This document shows, piece after piece, positions 41,001 through 56,000 of a stretch of DNA of 64,000 bases. Position 1 is the first letter of the stretch; each line of letters begins with the position of its first letter. The position numbers were made by a program, and so were the translations under genes. The DNA comes from Eledone cirrhosa. Lineage: Eukaryota. The notes below the pieces were generated by a model. It saw only the letters and a list, made by a program, of their open reading frames with translations. It did no database searches and was not told the origin of the DNA. The stretch spans positions 28,458,001-28,522,000 of the forward strand of contig OZ024749.1 in NCBI GenBank assembly GCA_964016885.1. The letters run 5' to 3'.

Positions 41001-44000
41001 ACTTCCAAGCTACCTTCTTATCAGCGTCGGTGATGGCAAGTACGCCGTCATCATTAAGTACACACTTCTCCCCGACAATATCACGGTTTTCCTTGACACA
41101 TTGCCTAGCAATCCTGAACACCTCACGTTTTTGGTGCTCGCGTTGTAGAACATGTTTGAACTTTCTTTCCTCTGCTTCCCTTCTTGCGAAGTACACTTGT
41201 CTCCTAGCTTTCCTCCTGGCCACTTGATAGTCTTCTCTACTTCCCCCATCCCGCCATACTTTCCAAGCCTGCTTTTTGGCCTTAATTGACCCCTCTACCT
41301 TAATGTTCCACCACCATGTTACTCTCCTCCTGCCTACAGGCCTGCTCCAGCCACAGAATTCGTCTGCCGCCATCAGCAGGTTTGCTTTCAGGAATTCCCA
41401 ATGTTCCTCTATATTGTACGACTCTAATTGCTCTTCCTTACTGTCGAAAGCATCAAGTAGTATGCTTTTAAATTTATTTCTGGCTGTGGGGTCCTTTAGC
41501 TTCCATATTTTTCTCCTGAGGATAGTCCTCTTCTGCTGTCTAGTACGTTTCGTCCTGACTATTAGGTCGCTAAATATCAGTCTATGTTGGGAGGTGCATT
41601 CTTTATGTAGGAGGGATTTAGTGTTTACAACAGACACTCTGTCACGTCTTCTGGTAAGGATATAATCTACCTGGCTTACCACTCTACATAAATTATATTT
41701 TTCATCAAGACGTAAATCTTCTGTTAATCTTTCTAACATCTGTAAACATTCATGTATTTATATCCTAGAAAATGTCAATAAAATATGTTTGAAAGATCAG
41801 CTGTTAAAAAATTGGATTTGTCAGTGTTTACTGTGTAAGGTATGTGATTGCTGTAGACAAGTAACTGGTATATGTTTTCTAATTCATTTTAGTGTCAAGC
41901 AAACAGTTCTTCGTGATCGTTAACTCAAACCCAAACACCTGTTTGGCAAATAATCAGGAATATCCATTAGGACAACGATTTTCATTTGTTTTGGATTGTT
42001 TCCGATACAATTGTGACTGTTTCTACAATGGATCTTGGGAATGCCCTGCAGATAGATCAGAATTTGTGTGTAAAGATCCACCAGTACGAGTACCTCCAAG
42101 AAAACCAACCTATGACGGTAAAATATGTTCCAATATATTTGTATTGTTGAAATGTTCTTTCAATTTAAACTACGTTGAGCTCTTAATTTCATTGTGGTCT
42201 CGAATTTATTGCCTTTTCAAAATGGTACAATATTACGACATCTTATCTATTATAATAGAATATGTGAGAGTTCGTGAAAGTATTAATACCTTGCACAGAA
42301 TTAATTAAATATTATGTGAACCCAAAAATATAAACCCGAAATATAATTTCCTATGCCAAACTCTGAAATAGATTCAATATATCTTCTTCGAAATATTTTA
42401 ATAAAGAATAGTATATTTATAAGGATTTGAACAGGCTATCATCAAATACAATTCTATTTTATTTTAAATATTACATTATGACAAAGTACCAAGCATATAT
42501 ACAATTTGTTTGAAAAAGAAAATGGTGGTTTTGTGTAAAGGAAAGTAAGGTAGCCTGCCGGGAGATTTCTATAAATTAAATACGTAGTGAAACCTGAGAG
42601 ATGGATTTCAAATCACGTGAAGAAATGGGAGATAAACACTTGATATTAATATTCTAAATTGAAACACATTTTCTTCCAAAGTATAATCGAATGTTGCCAG
42701 TGAAATAAATAAGTATTTCTCATAGATTGAATCTTTCTTCCTATTTCAGCAAACTTTCGATCTGTAGTTGTCTCATCAACATTAGATGTAACAGATTGTA
42801 TGGTTAATAATCAACGTTATCGTCTTGGACGTGAATTTTCATTCACTGAAGGTTGTTTTGAATACCATTGTATGTGTTACAATAATGGATCTTGGGTGTG
42901 TCCTTCATCTCAATCACGATATACCTGTCGTTTGGATCCACATTCAAGAGAAACACCAGGTAAATATTTGAAATAAAGCTATTTGTCTCTTTATATATAT
43001 TTGCGGCAAATAATCTTCCAACTATAATACATATTCTATAACCAATAAGAACCACTCTACATGAATTATATTTTTCATCAAAACGTAAATCTTCTGTTAA
43101 TCTTTCTTACATCTGTAAACATTCATGTATTTATATCCTAGAAAATGTCAATAAAATATGTTTGTAAGATCAGCTGTTAAAAAATTGGATTTGTCAGTGT
43201 TTACTGTGTAAGGTATGTGATTGCTGTAGACAAGTAACTGGTATATGTTTTCTAATTCATTTTAGTGTCAAGCAAACAGTTCTTCGTGATCGTTAACTCA
43301 AACCCAAACACCTGTTTGGCAAATAATCAGGAATATCCATTAGGACAACGATTTTCATTTGTTTTGGATTGTTTCCGATACAATTGTGACTGTTTCTACA
43401 ATGGATCTTGGGAATGCCCTGCAGATAGATCAGAATTTGTGTGTAGAGATCCACCAGTACGAGTACCTCCAAGAAAACCAACCAATGACGGTAAAATATG
43501 TTCCAATATATTTGTATTGTTGAAATGTTCTTTCAATTGAAACTACGTTGAGATCTTAATTTCATTGATGTCTCGAATTTATTCCCTTTTCAAAATGGTA
43601 CGAAATTACGACATCTTATCTATTAGTATAGAATATGTGAGAGTTCGTGAAAGTATTGATACCTTGCGCGGAATTCATTAAATCTTATGTGAACCTAAAA
43701 ATATAAACCCGAAATGTTATTTCCTATGCCAAACTCTGAAATAGATTCAAAATATATTCTTCGAAATATTTTAATAAAGATTAGTATATTTATAAGGATT
43801 TGAACAGTTTATCATTAAATACAATTCTATTTTATTTTAAATATTACATTATGACCAAGCACCAAGCATATATACAATTTGTTTGAAAAAGAAAATGGTG
43901 GTTTTGTGTAAAGGAAAGTATCGTAGCCTGCTGCGAGATTTCTATGAATTAAATATAAATACGTAGTGAAACGTAAGACATGGATTTCAAATCACGTGAA

Positions 44001-47000
44001 GAAATGGGAGATAAAAAATTTAATATTAATATTCTAAATAGAAACACATTTTCTTTCCAAAGTATAATCGAATGTTGCCAGTGAAATAAATAAGTATTTC
44101 TCATAGATTGAATCTTTCTTCATATTTCAGGAAACGTTCGATCTGTAGTTGTCTCATCAACATTAGATGTAACAGATTGTATGGTTAATAACAAACGTTA
44201 TCGTCTTGGACGTGAATTTTCATTCACTGAAGGTTGTTTTGAATACCGTTGTATGTGTTACAATAATGGATCTTGGGTGTGTCCTTCATCTCAATCACGA
44301 TATACCTGTCGTTTGGATACACATTCAGAAGAAACACCAGGTAAATATTTGAAATAAAGCTATTTGTGTCTTTATATATATTTGCGGCAAATAATCTTCC
44401 AACTACAATACATATTCTTTAACCAATAAGAACCACTCTACATGAATTATATTTATCATCAAGACATAAATCTTCTGTTAATCTTTCTTACATCTGTAAA
44501 CATTCATGTATTTATATCCTACAAAATGTAAATAAAATATGTTTGAAAGATCAGCTGTTAAAAAATTGGATTTGTTAGTGTTTACGGTGTAAGGTATGTG
44601 ATTGCTGTAGACAAGTAAATGGTATATGTTTTCTAATTCATTTTAGTATCAAGCAAACAGTTCTTCGTGATCGTTAACTCAAATCCAAACACCTGTTTGG
44701 CAAATAATCAGGAATATCCATTAGGACAACGATTTTCATTTGTTTTGGATTGTTTCCGATACAATTGTGACTGTTTCTACAATGGATCTTGGGAATGTCC
44801 TGCAGATAGATCAGAATTTGTGTGTAGAGATCCACCAGTACGAGTACCTCCAAGAAAACCAACCAATGACGGTAAAACATGTTCCAATATATTTGTATTG
44901 TTGAAATGTTCTTTCAATTGAAACTACGTTGAGATCTTAATTTCATTGATGTCTCGAATTTATTCCCTTTTCAAAATGGTACGAAATTACGACATCTTAT
45001 CTATTAGTATAGAATATGTGAGAGTTCGTGAAAGTATTAATACCTTGCGCGGAATTCATTAAATCTTATGTGAACCTAAAAATATAAACCCGAAATATTA
45101 TTTCCTATGCCAAACTCTGAAATAGATTCAATATATATTCTTCGAAATATTTTAATAAAGTTTAGTATATTTATAAGGATTTGAACAGGCTATCATCAAA
45201 TACAATTCTATTTTATTTTAAATATTCCATTATGACCAAGCACCAAGCATATATACAATCTGTTTGAAAAAGAAAATGGTGGTTTTGTTGAAAGGAAAGT
45301 AAGGTAGCCTCCCCCGAGATTTCTATGAATTAAATATAAATACGTAGTGAAACGTAAGACATGGATTTCAAATCACGTGAAGAAATGGGAGATACACACT
45401 TAATATTAATATTCTAAATTGAAACACATTTTCTTTCCAAAGTATAATCGAATGTTGCCAGTGAAATAAATAAATATTTCTCATAGATTGAATCTTTCTT
45501 CATATTTCAGGAAACGTTCGATCTGTAGTTGTCTCATCAACATTAGATGTAACAGATTGTATGATTAATAATCAACGTTATCGTCTTGGACGTGAATTTT
45601 CATTCACTGAAGGTTGTTTTGAATACCGTTGTATGTGTTACAATAATGGATCGTGGGTGTGTCCTTCATCTCAATCACGATATACCTGTCGTTTGGATCC
45701 ACATTCAGAAGAAACACCAGGTAAATATTTGAAATAAAGCTATTTGTGTCTTTATATATATTTGCGGCAAATAATCTTCCAACTACAATACATATTCTAT
45801 AACCAATAAGAACCACTCTACATGAATTATATTTATCATCAAGACATAAATCTTCTGTTAATCTTTCTTACATCTGTAAACATTCATGTATTTATATCCT
45901 ACAAAATGTCAATAAAATATGTTTGAAAGATCAGCTGTTAAAAAATTGGATTTGTTAGTGTTTACGGTGTAAGGTATGTGATTGCTGTAAACAAGTAACT
46001 GGTATATGTTTTCCAATTCATTTTAGTGTCAAGCAAACAGTTCTTCGTGATCGTTAACTCCAATCCAAACACCTGTTTGGCAAATAATCAGGAATATCCA
46101 TTAGGACAACGATTTTCATTTGTTCTGGATTGTTTCCGATACAATTGTGACTGTTTCTACAATGGATCTTGGGAATGCCCTGCAGATAGATCAGAATTTG
46201 TGTGTAAAGATCCACCAGTACGAGTACCTCCAAGGAAACCAACCAATGACGGTAAAATATGTTCCAATATATTTGGATTGTTGAAATGTTCTTTCAATTG
46301 AAACTACGTTGAGATCTTAATTTCATTGATGTCTCGAATTTATTCCCTTTTCAAAATGGTACGAAATTACGACATCTTATCTATTAGTATAGAATATGTG
46401 AGAGTTCGTGAAAGTATTAATACCTTGCACGGAATTCATTAAATCTTATGTGAACCTAAAAATATGAACCCGAAATGTTATTTCCTATGCCAAACTCTGA
46501 AATAGATTCAAAATATATTCTTCGAAATATTTTAATAAAGAATAGTATATTTATAAGGATTTGAACAGTTTATCATTAAATACAATTCTATTTTATTTTA
46601 AATATTACATTATGACCAAGCACCAAGCATATATACAATTTGTTTGAAAAAGAAAATGGTGGTTTTGTGTAAAGGAAAGTATCGTAGCCTGCTGCGAGAT
46701 TTCTATGAATTAAATATAAATACGTAGTGAAACGTAAGACATGGATTTCAAATCACGTGAAGAAATGGGAGATAAACACTTAATATTAATATTCTAAATT
46801 GAAACACATTTTCTTTCCAAAGTATAATCGAATGTTGCCAGTGAAATAAATAAGTATTTCTCATAGATTGAATCTTTCTTCATATTTCAGGAAACGTTCG
46901 ATCTGTAGTTGTCTCATCAACATTAGATGTAACAGATTGTATGATTAATAATCAACGTTATCGTCTTGGACGTGAATTTTCATTCACTGAAGGTTGTTTT

Positions 47001-50000
47001 GAATACCGTTGTATGTGTTACAATAATGGATCTTGGGTGTGTCCTTCATCTCAATCACGATATACCTGTCGTTTGGATCCACATTCAGAAGAAACACCAG
47101 GTAAATATTTGAAATAAAGCTATTTGTGTCTTTATATATATTTGCGGCAAATAATCTTCCAACTACAATACATATTCTATAACCAATAAGAACCACTCTA
47201 CACGAATTATATTTATCATCAAGACATAAATCTTCTGTTAATCTTTCTTACATCTGTAAACATTCATGTATTTATATCCTACAAAATGTCAATAAAATAT
47301 GTTTGTAAGATCACATGTTAAGAAATTGGATTTGTTAGTGTTTACGATGTAAGGTATGTGATTGCTGTAGACAAGTAACTGGTATATGTTTTCTAATTCA
47401 TTTTAGTGTCAAGCAAACAGTTCTTCGTGATCGTTAACTCAAATCCAAACACCTGTTTGGCAAATAATCAGGAATATCCATTAGGACAACGATTTTCATT
47501 TGTTTTGGATTGTTTCCGATACAATTGTGACTGTTTCTACAATGGATCTTGGGAATGTCCTGCAGATAGATCAGAATTTGTGTGTAGAGATCCACCAGTA
47601 CGAGTACCTCCAAGAAAACCAACCAATGACGGTAAAATATGTTCCAATATATTTGTATTGTTGAAATGTTCTTTCAATTGAAACTACGTTGAGATCTTAA
47701 TTTCATTGATGTCTCGAATTTATTCCCTTTTCAAAATGGTACGAAATTACGACATCTTATCTATTAGTATAGAATATGTGAGAGTTCGTGAAAGTATTAA
47801 TACCTTGCGCGGAATTCATTAAATCTTATGTGAACCTAAAAATATAAACCCGAAATATTATTTCCTATGCCAAACTCTGAAATAGATTCAATATATATTC
47901 TTCGAAATATTTTAATAAAGTTTAGTATATTTATAAGGATTTGAACAGGCTATCATCAAATACAATTCTATTTTATTTTAAATATTACATTATGACCAAG
48001 CACCAAGCATATATACAATTTGTTTTAAAAAGAAAATGGTGGTTTTGTTGAAAGGAAAGTAAGGTAGCCTCCCCCGAGATTTCTATGAATTAAATATAAA
48101 TACATAGTGAAACGTAAGACATGGATTTCAAATCACGTGAAGAAATGGGAGATAAACACTTAATATTAATGGTGGATTGGCAGTATCGGTAGAGGGTCGG
48201 ACGCCATGCTTTCCAGCAGAGTTACGTCCCTTTACGATCTGAGTTCAAATCCCGCCGAGGTTGACTTTGCCTTTCATCCTTACGGGGTCGATAAAATAAA
48301 GTACCAGTAATGCACTGGGTAATTTGCTGGCCTTGTGCCAAATGTAGAAACAATTAATATTCTAAATTGAAACACATTTTCTTTCCAAAGTATAATCGAA
48401 TTTTGCCAGTGAAATAAATAAGTATTTCTCATAGATTGAATCTTTCTTCATATTTCAGGAAACGTTCGATCTGTAGTTGTCTCATCAACATTAGATGTAA
48501 CAGATTGTATGATTAATAATCAACGTTATCGTCTTGGACGTGAATTTTCATTCACTGAAGGTTGTTTTGAATACCGTTGTATGTGTTACAATAATGGATC
48601 TTGGGTGTGTCCTTCATCTCAATCACGATATACCTGTCGTTTGGATCCACATTCAGAAGAAACACCAGGTAAATATTTGAAATAAAGCTATTTGTGTCTT
48701 TATATATATTTGCGGCAGATAATCTTCCAACTATAATACATATTCTATAACCAATAAGAACCACTCTACACGAATTATATTTATCATCAAGACATAAATC
48801 TTCTGTTAATCTTTCTTACATCTGTAAACATTCATGTATTTATATCCTACAAAATGTCAATAAAATATGTTTGTAAGATCAGATGTTAAAAAATTGGATT
48901 TGTTAGTGTTTACGATGTAAGGTATGTGATTGCTGTAGACAAGTAACTTGTATATGTTTTCTAATTCATTTTAGTGTCAAGCAAACAGTTCTTCGTGATC
49001 GTTAACTCAAATCCAAACACCTGTTTGGCAAATAATCAGGAATATCCATTAGGACAACGATTTTCATTTGTTTTGGATTGTTTCCGATACAATTGTGACT
49101 GTTTCTACAATGGATCTTGGGAATGTCCTGCAGATAGATCAGAATTTGTGTGTAGAGATCCACCAGTACGAGTACCTCCAAGAAAACCAACCAATGACGG
49201 TAAAATATGTTCCAATATATTTGTATTGTTGAAATGTTCTTTCAATTGAAACTACGTTGAGATCTTAATTTCATTGATGTCTCGAATTTATTCCCTTTTC
49301 AAAATGGTACGAAATTACGACATCTTATCTATTAGTATAGAATATGTGAGAGTTCGTGGAAGTATTAATACCTTGCGCGGAATTCATTAAATCTTATGTG
49401 AACCTAAAAATATAAACCCGAAATATTATTTCCTATGCCAAACTCTGAAATAGATTCAATATATCTTTTTCGAAATATTTTAATAAAGTTTAGTATATTT
49501 ATAAGGATTTGAACAGGCTATCATCAAATACAATTCTATTTTATTTTAAATATTACATTATGACCAAGCACCAAGCATATATACAATTTGTTTGAAAAAG
49601 AAAATGGTGGTTTTGTTGTAAAGGAAAGTAACGTAGCCTGCCGCGAGATTTCTATGAATTAAATATAAATACGTAGTGAAACGTAAGACATGGATTTCAA
49701 ATCACGTGAAGAAATGGGAGATAAACACTTAATATTAATATTCTAAATTGAAACACATTTTCTTTCCAAAGTATAATCGAATGTTGCCAGTGAAATAAAT
49801 AAATATTTCTCATGGATTGAATCTTTCTTCATATTTCAGGAAACGTTCGATCTGTAGTTGTCTCATCAACATTAGATGTAACAGATTGTATGGTTAATAA
49901 CAAACGTTATCGTCTTGGACGTGAATTTTCATTCACTGAAGGTTGTTTTGAATACCGTTGTATGTGTTACAATAATGGATCTTGGGTGTGTCCTTCATCT

Positions 50001-53000
50001 CAATCACGATATACCTGTCGTTTGGATACACATTCAGAAGAAACACCAGGTAAATATTTGATATAAAGCTATTTGTCTCTTTATATATATTTGCGGCAAA
50101 TAATCTTCCATCTACAATACAAATTATATAACCAATAAGAACCACTCTACATAAATTATATTTATCATCAAGACTTAAGTCTTCTGTTAATCTTTGTAAA
50201 ATCTGTAAACATTGTGAAATTATTCATGTATTTACAACTTACAAAATGTCAATAAAATATGTTTGAAAGATCAGCTGTTAAAAAATTGGATTTGTTAGTG
50301 TTTACGGTGTAAGGTATGTGATTGCTGTAAACAAGTAACTGGTATATGTTTTCCAATTCATTTTAGTGTCAAGCAAACAGTTCTTCGTGATCGTTAACTC
50401 AAATCCAAACACCTGTTTGGCAAATAATCAGGAATATCCATTAGGACAACGATTTTCATTTGTTCTGGATTGTTTCCGATACAATTGTGACTGTTTCTAC
50501 AATGGATCTTGGGAATGCCCTGCAGATAGATCAGAATTTGTGTGTAAAGATCCACCAGTACGAGTACCTCCAAGAAAACCAACAAATGACGGTAAAATAT
50601 GTTCCAATATATTTGTATTGTTGAAATGTTCTTTCAATTGAAACTACGTTGAGATCTTAATTTCATTGATGTCTCGAATTTATTCCCTTTTCAAAATGGT
50701 ACGAAATTACGACATCTTATCTATTAGTATAGAATATGTGAGAGTTCGTGAAAGTATTAATACGTTGCACTGAATTCATTAAATCTTATGTGAACCTAAA
50801 AATATGAACCCGAAATGTTATTTCTTATGCCAAACTCTGAACTAGATTCAAAATATATTCTTCGAAATATTTTAATAAAGATTAGTATATTTATAAGGAT
50901 TTGAACAGGCTATCATCAAATACAATTCTATTTTATTTTAAATATTACATTATGATCAAGCACCAAGTATATATACAATTTATTTGAAAAAGAAAATGGT
51001 GGTTTTGTGTAAAGGAAAGTATCGTAGCCTGCTGCGAGATTTCTATGAATTAAATATAAATACGTAGTGAAACGTAAGACATGGATTTCAAATCACGTGA
51101 AGAAATGGGAGATAAAAACTTAATATTAATATTCTAAATAGAAACACATTTTCTTTCCAAAGTATAATCGAATGTTGCCACTGAAATAAATAAGTATTTC
51201 TCATAGATTGAATCTTTCTTCATATTTCAGGAAACGTTCGATCTGTAGTTGTCTCATCAACATTAGATGTAACAGATTGTATGATTAATAATCAACGTTA
51301 TCGTCTTGGACGTGAATTTTCATTCACTGAAGGTTGTTTTGAATACCGTTGTATGTGTTACAATAATGGATCTTGGGTGTGTCCTTCATCTCAATCACGA
51401 TATACCTGTCGTTTGGATCCACATTCAGAAGAAACACCAGGTAAATATTTGAAATAAAGCTATTTGTGTCTTTATATATATTTGCGGCAAATAATCTTCC
51501 AACTACAATACATATTCTATAACCAATAAGAACCACTCTACATGAATTATATTTATCATCAAGACATAAATCTTCTGTTAATCTTTCTTACATCTGTAAA
51601 CATTCATGTATTTATATCCTACAAAATGTCAATAAAATATGTTTGAAAGATCAGCTGTTAAAAAATTGGATTTGCTAGTGGTTACGGTGTAAGGTATGTG
51701 ATTGCTGTAGACAAGTAACTGGTATATGTTTTCTAATTCATTTTAGTGTCAAGCAAACAGTTCTTCGTGATCGTTAACTCAAATCCAAACACCTGTTTGG
51801 CAAATAATCAGGAATATCCATTAGGACAACGATTTTCATTTGTTTTGGATTGTTTCCGATACAATTGTGACTGTTTCTACAATGGATCTTGGGAATGTCC
51901 TGCAGATAGATCAGAATTTGTGTGTAGAGATCCACCAGTACGAGTACCTCCAAGAAAACCAACCAATGACGGTAAAATATGTTCCAATATATTTGTATTG
52001 TTGAAATGTTCTTTCAATTGAAACTACGTTGAGATCTTAATTTCATTGATGTCTCGAATTTATTCCCTTTTCAAAATGGTACGAAATTACGACATCTTAT
52101 CTATTAGTATAGAATATGTGAGAGTTCGTGAAAGTATTAATAACTTGCGCGGAATTCATTAAATCTTATGTGAACCTAAAAATATAAACCCGAAATATTA
52201 TTTCCTATGCCAAACTCTGAAATAGATTCAATATATCTTTTTCGAAATATTTTAATAAAGTTTAGTATATTTATAAGGATTTGAACAGGCTATCATCAAA
52301 TACATTTCTATTTTATTTTAAATATTACATTATGACCAAGCACCAAGCATATATACAATTTGTTTGAAAAAGAAAATTGTGGTTTTGTGTAAAGGAAAGT
52401 AACGTAGCCTGCCGCGAGATTTCTATGAATTAAATATAAATACGTAGTGAAACGTAAGACATGGATTTCAAATCACGTGAAGAAATGGGAGATAAACACT
52501 TAATATTAATATTCTAAATTGAAACACATTTTCTTTCCAAAGTATAATCGAATGTTGCCACTGAAATAAATAAGTATTTCTCATAGATTGAATCTTTCTT
52601 CATATTTCAGGAAACGTTCGATCTGTAGTTGTCTCATCAACATTAGATGTAACAGATTGTATGGTTAATAACAAACGTTATCGTCTTGGACGTGAATTTT
52701 CATTCACTGAAGGTTGTTTTGAATACCGTTGTATGTGTTACAATAATGGATCTTGGGTGTGTCCTTCATCTCAATCACGATATACCTGTCGTTTGGATAC
52801 ACATTCAGAAGAAACACCAGGTAAATATTTGATATAAAGCTATTTGTCTCTTTATATATATTTGCGGCAAATAATCTTCCAACTACAATACAAATTATAT
52901 AACCAATAAGAACCACTCTACATAAATTATATTTATCATCAAGACTTAAGTCTTCTGTTAATCTTTGTAAAATCTGTAAACATTGTGAAATTATTCATGT

Positions 53001-56000
53001 ATTTACAACCTACAAAATGTCAATAAAATATGTTTGAAAGATCAGCTGTTAAAAAATTGGATTTGTTAGTGTTTACGGTGTAAGGTATGTGATTGCTGTA
53101 AACAAGTAACTGGTATATGTTTTCCAATTCATTTTAGTGTCAAGCAAACAGTTCTTCGTGATCGTTAACTCAAATCCAAACACCTGTTTGGCAAATAATC
53201 AGGAATATCCATTAGGACAACGATTTTCATTTGTTCTGGATTGTTTCCGATACAATTGTGACTGTTTCTACAATGGATCTTGGGAATGCCCTGCAGATAG
53301 ATCAGAATTTGTGTGTAAAGATCCACCAGTACGAGTACCTCCAAGAAAACCAACCAATGACGGTAAAATATGTTCCAATATATATTTGTATTGTTGAAAT
53401 GTTCTTTCAATTGAAACTACGTTGAGATCTTAATTTCATTGATGTCTCGAATTTATTCCCTTTTCAAAATGGTACGAAATTACGACATCTTATCTATTAG
53501 TATAGAATATGTGAGAGTTCGTGAAAGTATTAATACGTAGCACGGAATTCATTAAATCTTATGTGAACCTAAAAATATGAACCCGAAATGTTATTTCCTA
53601 TGCCAAACTCTGAAATAGATTCAAAATATATTATCGAAATATTTTAATAAAGATTAGTATATTTATAAGGATTTGAACAGTTTATCATTAAATACAATTC
53701 TATTTTATTTTAAATATTACATTATGACCAAGCACCAAGCATATATACAATTTGTTTGAAAAAGAAAATGGTGGTTTTGTGTAAAGGAAAGTATCGTAGC
53801 CTGCTGCGAGATTTCTATGAATTAAATATAAATACGTAGTGAAACGTAAGACATGGATTTCAAATCACGTGAAGAAATGGGAGATAAAAACTTAATATTA
53901 ATATTCTAAATAGAAACACATTTTCTTTCCAAAGTATAATCGAATGTTGCCAGTGAAATAAATAAGTATTTCTCATAGATTGAATCTTTCTTCATATTTC
54001 AGGAAACGTTCGATCTGTAGTTGTCTCATCAACATTAGATGTAACAGATTGTATGGTTAATAATCAACGTTATCGTCTTGGACGTGAATTTTCATTCACT
54101 GAAGGTTGTTTTGAATACCGTTGTATGTGTTACAATAATGGATCTTGGGTGTGTCCTTCATCTCAATCACGATATACCTGTCGTTTGGATCCACATTCAG
54201 AAGAAACACCAGGTAAATATTTGAAATAAAGCTATTTGTGTCTTTATATATATTTGTGGCAAATAATCTTCCAACTACAATACATATTCTATAACCAATA
54301 AGAACCACTCTACATGAATTATATTTATCATCAAGACATAAATCTTCTGTTAATCTTTCTTACATCTGTAAACATTCATGTATTTATATCCTACAAAATG
54401 TCAATAAAATATGTTTGAAAGATCAGCTGTTAAAAAATTGGATTTGCTAGTGGTTACGGTGTAAGGTATGTGATTGCTGTAGACAAGTAACTGGTATATG
54501 TTTTCTAATTCATTTTAGTGTCAAGCAAACAGTTCTTCGTGATCGTTAACTCAAATCCAAACACCTGTTTGGCAAATAATCAGGAATATCCATTAGGACA
54601 ACGATTTTCATTTGTTTTGGATTGTTTCCGATACAATTGTGACTGTTTCTACAATGGATCTTGGGAATGTCCTGCAGATAGATCAGAATTTGTGTGTAGA
54701 GATCCACCAGTACGAGTACCTCCAAGAAAACCAACCAATGACGGTAAAATATGTTCCAATATATTTGTATTGTTGAAATGTTCTTTCAATTGAAACTACG
54801 TTGAGATCTTAATTTCATTGATGTCTCGAATTTATTCCCTTTTCAAAATGGTACGAAATTACGACATCTTATCTATTAGTATAGAATATGTGAGAGTTCG
54901 TGAAAGTATTAATAACTTGCGCGGAATTCATTAAATCTTATGTGAACCTAAAAATATAAACCCGAAATATTATTTCCTATGCCAAACTCTGAAATAGATT
55001 CAATATATCTTTTTCGAAATATTTTAATAAAGTTTAGTATATTTATAAGGATTTGAACAGGCTATCATCAAATACAATTCTATTTTATTTTAAATATTAC
55101 ATTATGACCAAGCACCAAGCATATATACAATTTGTTTGAAAAAGAAAATTGTGGTTTTGTGTAAAGGAAAGTAACGTAGCCTGCCGCGAGATTTCTATGA
55201 ATTAAATATAAATACGTAGTGAAACGTAAGACATGGATTTCAAATCACGTGAAGAAATGGGAGATAAACACTTAATATTAATATTCTAAATTGAAACACA
55301 TTTTCTTTCCAAAGTATAATCGAATGTTGCCACTGAAATAAATAAGTATTTCTCATAGATTGAATCTTTCTTCATATTTCAGGAAACGTTCGATCTGTAG
55401 TTGTCTCATCAACATTAGATGTAACAGATTGTATGGTTAATAACAAACGTTATCGTCTTGGACGTGAATTTTCATTCACTGAAGGTTGTTTTGAATACCG
55501 TTGTATGTGTTACAATAATGGATCTTGGGTGTGTCCTTCATCTCAATCACGATATACCTGTCGTTTGGATACACATTCAGAAGAAACACCAGGTAAATAT
55601 TTGATATAAAGCTATTTGTCTCTTTATATATATTTGCGGCAAATAATCTTCCAACTACAATACAAATTATATAACCAATAAGAACCACTCTACATAAATT
55701 ATATTTATCATCAAGACTTAAGTCTTCTGTTAATCTTTGTAAAATCTGTAAACATTGTGAAATTATTCATGTATTTACAACCTACAAAATGTCAATAAAA
55801 TATGTTTGAAAGATCAGCTGTTAAAAAATTGGATTTGTTAGTGTTTACGGTGTAAGGTATGTGATTGCTGTAAACAAGTAACTGGTATATGTTTTCCAAT
55901 TCATTTTAGTGTCAAGCAAACAGTTCTTCGTGATCGTTAACTCAAATCCAAACACCTGTTTGGCAAATAATCAGGAATATCAATTAGGACAACAATTTTC

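Noticed and set aside
41678-41739. N-terminus [21 protein letters not shown] of the 372-aa LINE ORF
   Set aside because: Derived from host intron sequence present in all array units; the LINE is 5'-truncated at ~41677
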